28,597 bases of DNA from a virus (lineage: Duplodnaviria; Caudoviricetes). The DNA lies in IMG/VR virus record IMGVR_UViG_3300045580_000184, positions 1 to 28,597 of that record; one strand, written 5' to 3'. Under the pieces are notes generated by a model, which searched no databases, was not told where the DNA came from, and saw only the letters and a program-made list of their open reading frames with translations. Shown here piece after piece: positions 24,584 through 28,597 of this stretch. Each line of letters begins with the position of its first letter. Position 1 is the first letter of the stretch. The translations under genes were made by a program, and so were the position numbers.

Positions 24584-24952
24584 TCACGCACAGTCCGCCG
24601 CCGCCAGTCTCCATTCGCCATTCAGCCACTTGGCTTCGACGATTGTTCCAGTCGGGACACTGATCCGCAGAAACCTGTTTACGATGGTTTCATTCCGTCC
24701 CGTGTCCACCATGTTGCCGTTCGTATCCTTGTCCCAAACGCTCATCGTCGCCGTTGCTGGCCCCGTGCCGAAGTCGCTGGCTGGTGCCAAATCGCCATCC
24801 AGCTTGCCGCTGATGTCCATCGGCTGGCCGACCTGCTGCCCCATCATCCGCGTCATAACGGATTCAATGGCAATGGTCAGCTCATTCAGGCCCGCAGCCG
24901 TCAGCCGCTGCCCCTTGGCGAACTTCTCCGGATGTTTATCGCCCTGCGTCAT
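24584..24952 (-). CDS. Minor tail protein
   Basis: ATGA coupling at 24949-52; FAKGQRLTAAGLNEL; ends AADCA. Confidence 0.65.
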   Translation of the reverse strand: MTQGDKHPEKFAKGQRLTAAGLNELTIAIESVMTRMMGQQVGQPMDISGKLDGDLAPASDFGTGPATATMSVWDKDTNGNMVDTGRNETIVNRFLRISVPTGTIVEAKWLNGEWRLAAADCA

Positions 24953-25845
24953 ACTTGCGCCGTCCACAACGTGTTGAAATTGAACGTCTGGAACATTGGA
25001 TCATTCGAGTCTGCCGACAACACCCGGTCATAATCTGCCGTGTCGTCCCGCCACTGGTGATTCCAGCCGTAAACCACATTCGCTTCGGGGTCGTTCGCCA
25101 CTCGGGGCGATGTCGTCAATGCCTTCTGTGACTTCGCGGAGAATCTCAGCGTGATTTTCCGTGTGCTAAATTGCCCATTTGTGCTGAGCGTGATTTCATC
25201 GGAGAAACCCTCAAACAGCAGTGTTTCCGGCCTGAATGTCTGCGGGCTGCCAGGCATTCGGAAATTGCTCTCGTTAACGCACCCCTTCATTCTCTCCAGC
25301 GTAATCCAGGGCACTGTCTGAACCTGATGCCATGTCAGTTCGTGCGTGCTGATTGCCTCGGGTATGATTGGCGTAACATCTGCCGGAAGTGCTTTGTTGT
25401 CCGTCTCCCACTTGCAGCTTCTGCCCAACACCGTCCTGAATTCCAGATTGCTCTGCTGCGTGTAGGTGCACCATGTGCCGGCGGGCAGTGGCGTCGGGTC
25501 ATTCGGGTCTTGCTGCTGTTCTTCATCAATCTGCATCGGGCTGTAGGTGATTGTAATTTTCGCCAGCGTATCGTGCTTCAGTTGCTGCGTGTTCGGATCT
25601 GTGATCGACTCAACAACCGGCTTCGGTGTCAGCTTGTCAATCGTGAATTTGTCGGCTCGAACCGTCGGCCAGTAGGACGAATAAGATGCCGGCTTACCGA
25701 AAACACCGCTGCTGTAATGCGCTGCAATGAATGCCCATCGGTCTTCCCATGCCGTCAGAAAAATGCGGGTGAATGACAGTTCGCCGGACCTGTCGCCGGA
25801 TTCCTGCGGGCTGTCTTCGTGCTCAACAAATGCCGGGTAACTCAT
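24949..25845 (-). CDS. Tail-tip protein (distal tail/hub position)
   Basis: 298 aa directly after the tape measure gene. Confidence 0.6.
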   Translation of the reverse strand: MSYPAFVEHEDSPQESGDRSGELSFTRIFLTAWEDRWAFIAAHYSSGVFGKPASYSSYWPTVRADKFTIDKLTPKPVVESITDPNTQQLKHDTLAKITITYSPMQIDEEQQQDPNDPTPLPAGTWCTYTQQSNLEFRTVLGRSCKWETDNKALPADVTPIIPEAISTHELTWHQVQTVPWITLERMKGCVNESNFRMPGSPQTFRPETLLFEGFSDEITLSTNGQFSTRKITLRFSAKSQKALTTSPRVANDPEANVVYGWNHQWRDDTADYDRVLSADSNDPMFQTFNFNTLWTAQV

Positions 25846-25851
25846 CTGTGT

Positions 25852-27342
25852 TTATCCCAAAATCGGAACCAGTGGCAGGCCCGTGATTCCTGTGGCAATC
25901 GCCCGCTGCACTTCCAGCGACTGTTTCGCCAGTTCGATCTGTTGCTTCTGCATTTCTTCCTGCTTCTTCGGTGCCAGTTGATCCTGCAGCCGCTGAAACA
26001 TCTGCAAGGCTCCGCCGCGTTCGATCTGCACTTGCTGCGCTGCGGCTGCCATCGTTTGTTCGGCCATCGGTATCAATGCGGGTGCTGCCGGTCGCTCGAT
26101 TTGCTGCCCCTGTTTTCGCTTCTCCGCTTCGCGTCCGGCCTCCTGCGCTGCTGTAATGCGGCCTTGCCTGATCAATGCCAGTTCGGCCTGCAGTCCCGGC
26201 AGAATGCCTGTCAGGTCGCTTGTGCTGCTTTTGAGTGCGGACTGCTGCAGTGTCGGCAGCTCCATCCGTTTTTCGCCACCGAACAACACACCCGGACTCA
26301 TGTTGTGGGCAATGGCCTTTGCCGTATCAACGGCCATTGTGGCCATATTCGAAAAACTGTTGCCGATGTCACTCAGGACATTGGACGCCAGATTCTTCAG
26401 GCTTCCAAAAATGTAGCCGATTGCAAACCCCAAATCCTCCAGGTTGTTCCGCATCTCAGTCCATTTCGCCATTGCATTCCCGGCAAAGACGGCAGCCGCT
26501 GAGCTGGCGTTGTTGATCGGCTCCACGATGCCTTGAATTGCTGAGACCATCTGATTTGCCATCGGCAGAAATGCGGTGCCGATCTGAATGGCCAGTTGCT
26601 CCACGCTTGTCTGCAGCTTGCCCAGCATCCCGCCTGTGGTCTGGGAAATGCGGTCATTCATTCCGGCCAATCGCCCGCCGCCCGTGGTCAGACCCTCCAA
26701 TGCCTGCCTCACCATGTCGTACGAAATCAGCCCGTTTTCCATGTCCTTCTTCAGGTCCACCATGCTCCGGCCTGTAAACTTGCTGATTTCAAACAACGGC
26801 GAAAACCCGCTGTTGATTAGCTGGTTGGCTTCCTGCCCCATCAGTCGGCCAGCCGCCTTCACCTGCGCCATACCACGCGCCAACAGCATCAGTTGTTCCG
26901 CATCGCCCTGTGCCACTTCTGTCAGATTTGTCAGGATGCCGAACGCTTCCTCAGTGCCCACGCCAAAATTCATCATCAGCTTTTGAGCCTGGGACAACTC
27001 CTGCAGACCGAAGACGGTTTTTTTGTCCAGCTTTCGCATGTCATCCAGCAGCGTTTTGGCCTTCTCTGCGCTGCCGGTCAGCACCTCAAATGATATCGCG
27101 GTCTTCTCCGCGTCCATCGTCAGTTGTGCCATCTTGACCGCGCCAGCAGTCACACCCAACGCGGCCAGCGTGCCGCCGATCCCGCTGAATGCACTCCGGA
27201 TGCCAGACAACGCACTGCCCGTCCGCTTCGCCGCTGCGGTCATGCCGTCCATTGCAGATGATGCACGCCGCGCCTGCGTGTCCACCTGCCGCATCCCGTC
27301 AGCAGAAAAAATGACTTGTGCTTCCTGAACTGTCACAGCCAT
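25852..27342 (-). CDS. Tape measure protein
   Basis: FEVLTGSAEKAK...FGLQEL...QVKAAGRLMGQEANQL tape-measure domain; Ala/Gln-rich; follows chaperones. Confidence 0.92.
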   Translation of the reverse strand: MAVTVQEAQVIFSADGMRQVDTQARRASSAMDGMTAAAKRTGSALSGIRSAFSGIGGTLAALGVTAGAVKMAQLTMDAEKTAISFEVLTGSAEKAKTLLDDMRKLDKKTVFGLQELSQAQKLMMNFGVGTEEAFGILTNLTEVAQGDAEQLMLLARGMAQVKAAGRLMGQEANQLINSGFSPLFEISKFTGRSMVDLKKDMENGLISYDMVRQALEGLTTGGGRLAGMNDRISQTTGGMLGKLQTSVEQLAIQIGTAFLPMANQMVSAIQGIVEPINNASSAAAVFAGNAMAKWTEMRNNLEDLGFAIGYIFGSLKNLASNVLSDIGNSFSNMATMAVDTAKAIAHNMSPGVLFGGEKRMELPTLQQSALKSSTSDLTGILPGLQAELALIRQGRITAAQEAGREAEKRKQGQQIERPAAPALIPMAEQTMAAAAQQVQIERGGALQMFQRLQDQLAPKKQEEMQKQQIELAKQSLEVQRAIATGITGLPLVPILG

Positions 27343-27542
27343 TACTTCGCGTCCTGTTTCTGCCAGATGTCTTCAGGGCACCACATTCCCGCCCACGCCA
27401 ATGCCTGGTACATCGTCAGTGTGCCGATCTGCTCCGGCGTCCATCCGTACCGCTCGGACATGTTCCGGAAAATCGTGGCCCACGGAACGGTTCTGCGTGA
27501 CGGCAGATTGACACCCCCGCCACCGGGTGATTTTAGTTTCCC
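27342..27542 (-). CDS. Tail assembly chaperone gpT-like extension (reached by -1 frameshift)
   Basis: -1 frame after GGGAAAC encodes ...YGWTPEQIGTLTMYQ, stopping at the tape measure start. Confidence 0.85.
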   Translation of the reverse strand, partial: GKLKSPGGGGVNLPSRRTVPWATIFRNMSERYGWTPEQIGTLTMYQALAWAGMWCPEDIWQKQDAK

Positions 27543-27982
27543 AGCTCTGGCCGTTCTTCCGCCTTGTGCAGCGCGTGAATGATGGCCTTGATATCGTTGA
27601 ACCACTCGACGAAGTCGCAGCCCAACTGAATGCCGCGTTCAATCGGCAGCGAAGGCGGAAACTCCTCCGGATGATGCACGGACAACGCCCGCCAAACGGA
27701 ATACCCGATCCCGCGCAACGATTCGTCAAACCGTTCCTCGTCCTGCAGTGTGGCAATCAAAGGACGTGCTGCCACGTCTGCTGCAATCCTGAATGCAGCT
27801 TGCCGCTGTGCAGGATCTTTAATTTCCTCCAGTCCTGCATATGGGCTGCCCATACGCTGCAGGATGGCCTGTTCTTTGAGCGCGTGATCGGCCAGCGTCC
27901 GAACCGCCAGCCGATACACTCGCCCGTCTTTTGTCAGCTCGATGGCCCGTCGGCCAATCAGATTGAACAACCCGTCCGCCAC
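27533..27982 (-). CDS. Tail assembly chaperone (gpG-like)
   Basis: Between tail tube and tape measure; ends CTG GGA AAC TAA. Confidence 0.85.
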   Translation of the reverse strand: MADGLFNLIGRRAIELTKDGRVYRLAVRTLADHALKEQAILQRMGSPYAGLEEIKDPAQRQAAFRIAADVAARPLIATLQDEERFDESLRGIGYSVWRALSVHHPEEFPPSLPIERGIQLGCDFVEWFNDIKAIIHALHKAEERPELGN

Positions 27983-28005
27983 GGTTTCTACTCCTCAGAA
28001 AATGG

Positions 28006-28419
28006 TCATGCAATAATATCAAACGCTGTGCCCGACTTCGACGGTGCGCCCTGCCCGTCGAATGCGTAATCAATCGCCACCGGGTCTCCACTGTCAGCGT
28101 CAAACGTGATCGGCCCCACCTCAGTAATGACGATGGTGCCGCTGATGTAGTCGTCTGAGTCTGCGTGGAACTGTGCCGCCACTTCGTCACCGCGTGCCAG
28201 TGGCTGCGCCCCGCCAGCGTGCAGCATGATTGTGACAGTGCCGGACCACTCACCCACGCCGACCGTCGTTTTTCGCCAGCCGCCTGTGCTGTTCGTGGCG
28301 TACTTTGCAGACGCGCCGCCGATCGTCAATTCCCACTTGCCTGTGTGGTCAACTTCGGTCGGAGTTCCGCCGGTCTTGAATGTCATGGACTTGCCGGTAA
28401 ATGGTGTTCCTGCTGCCAT
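28006..28419 (-). CDS. Major tail tube protein
   Basis: 137 aa; WELTI...GGWRKTTVGVGEWSGTV...ISGTIVIT...FDGQGAP; position before chaperone. Confidence 0.85.
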   Translation of the reverse strand: MAAGTPFTGKSMTFKTGGTPTEVDHTGKWELTIGGASAKYATNSTGGWRKTTVGVGEWSGTVTIMLHAGGAQPLARGDEVAAQFHADSDDYISGTIVITEVGPITFDADSGDPVAIDYAFDGQGAPSKSGTAFDIIA

Positions 28420-28434
28420 TGTATGCGCTCCTTA

Positions 28435-28597
28435 TTACGGTTTTGCGGTTGCGGAATAGAGAATACCAATTTTCAGATTTGTGACGGTCGTGGCCACGCC
28501 CAGGATCGTCACAAAGTCACCTGTGGCCAGATCGGCATAAGGTGCAATGCCTCCAGCATTCACGCTGCAGACATAGACCTCACCGACAGTGAAAGCC
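28435..28597 (-). CDS. C-terminal part of a virion (decoration/cement-like) protein, runs off window
   Basis: AFTVGEVYVCSVNAGGIAPYADLATGDFVTILGVATTVTNLKIGILYSATAKP*. Confidence 0.6.
   Translation of the reverse strand, partial: AFTVGEVYVCSVNAGGIAPYADLATGDFVTILGVATTVTNLKIGILYSATAKP

Noticed and set aside
45-28459. Numerous plus-strand ORFs, including 13127-14458 (443 aa) and 24140-25033
   Set aside because: They shadow well-supported, coupled minus-strand genes in GC-rich DNA and show no motifs or RBS

Overview
About 28.6 kb of a tailed (siphovirus-like) dsDNA phage genome. Essentially every credible gene is on the minus strand, and many are coupled by ATGA/GTGA overlaps. Reading in the direction of transcription (right to left): end of a decoration-like virion gene, tail tube, tail chaperone with a GGGAAAC -1 frameshift, short tape measure and tail-tip genes (28.6-22.3 kb); an early/accessory block of small genes driven by repeated sigma70-type promoter cassettes, including an HD hydrolase, YegP-like paralogs, wHTH genes, a frameshifted DNA methyltransferase, a ParB-like gene, RusA and a CsrA homolog (22.2-9.8 kb); an initiator with internal iterons plus DnaB (9.6-7.4 kb); a late block with a papain-like protease, a membrane-anchored WCGPC thioredoxin, membrane proteins and LamG/fiber-like genes (6.9-0.1 kb); and a cosQ-like site at the window edge. 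No integrase, repressor switch, CRISPR, tRNA or classical endolysin was recognised. The most unusual signals are RNA-level: a phage CsrA together with CsrB-type CAGGACG hairpins in the late-operon leader, a kissing-loop terminator RNA before the replication genes, and three promoter cassettes carrying a covarying UGAGGG-loop hairpin. A Planctomycetota host is my inference from protein style and is unverified. All protein calls are motif recognition by eye, not database results.
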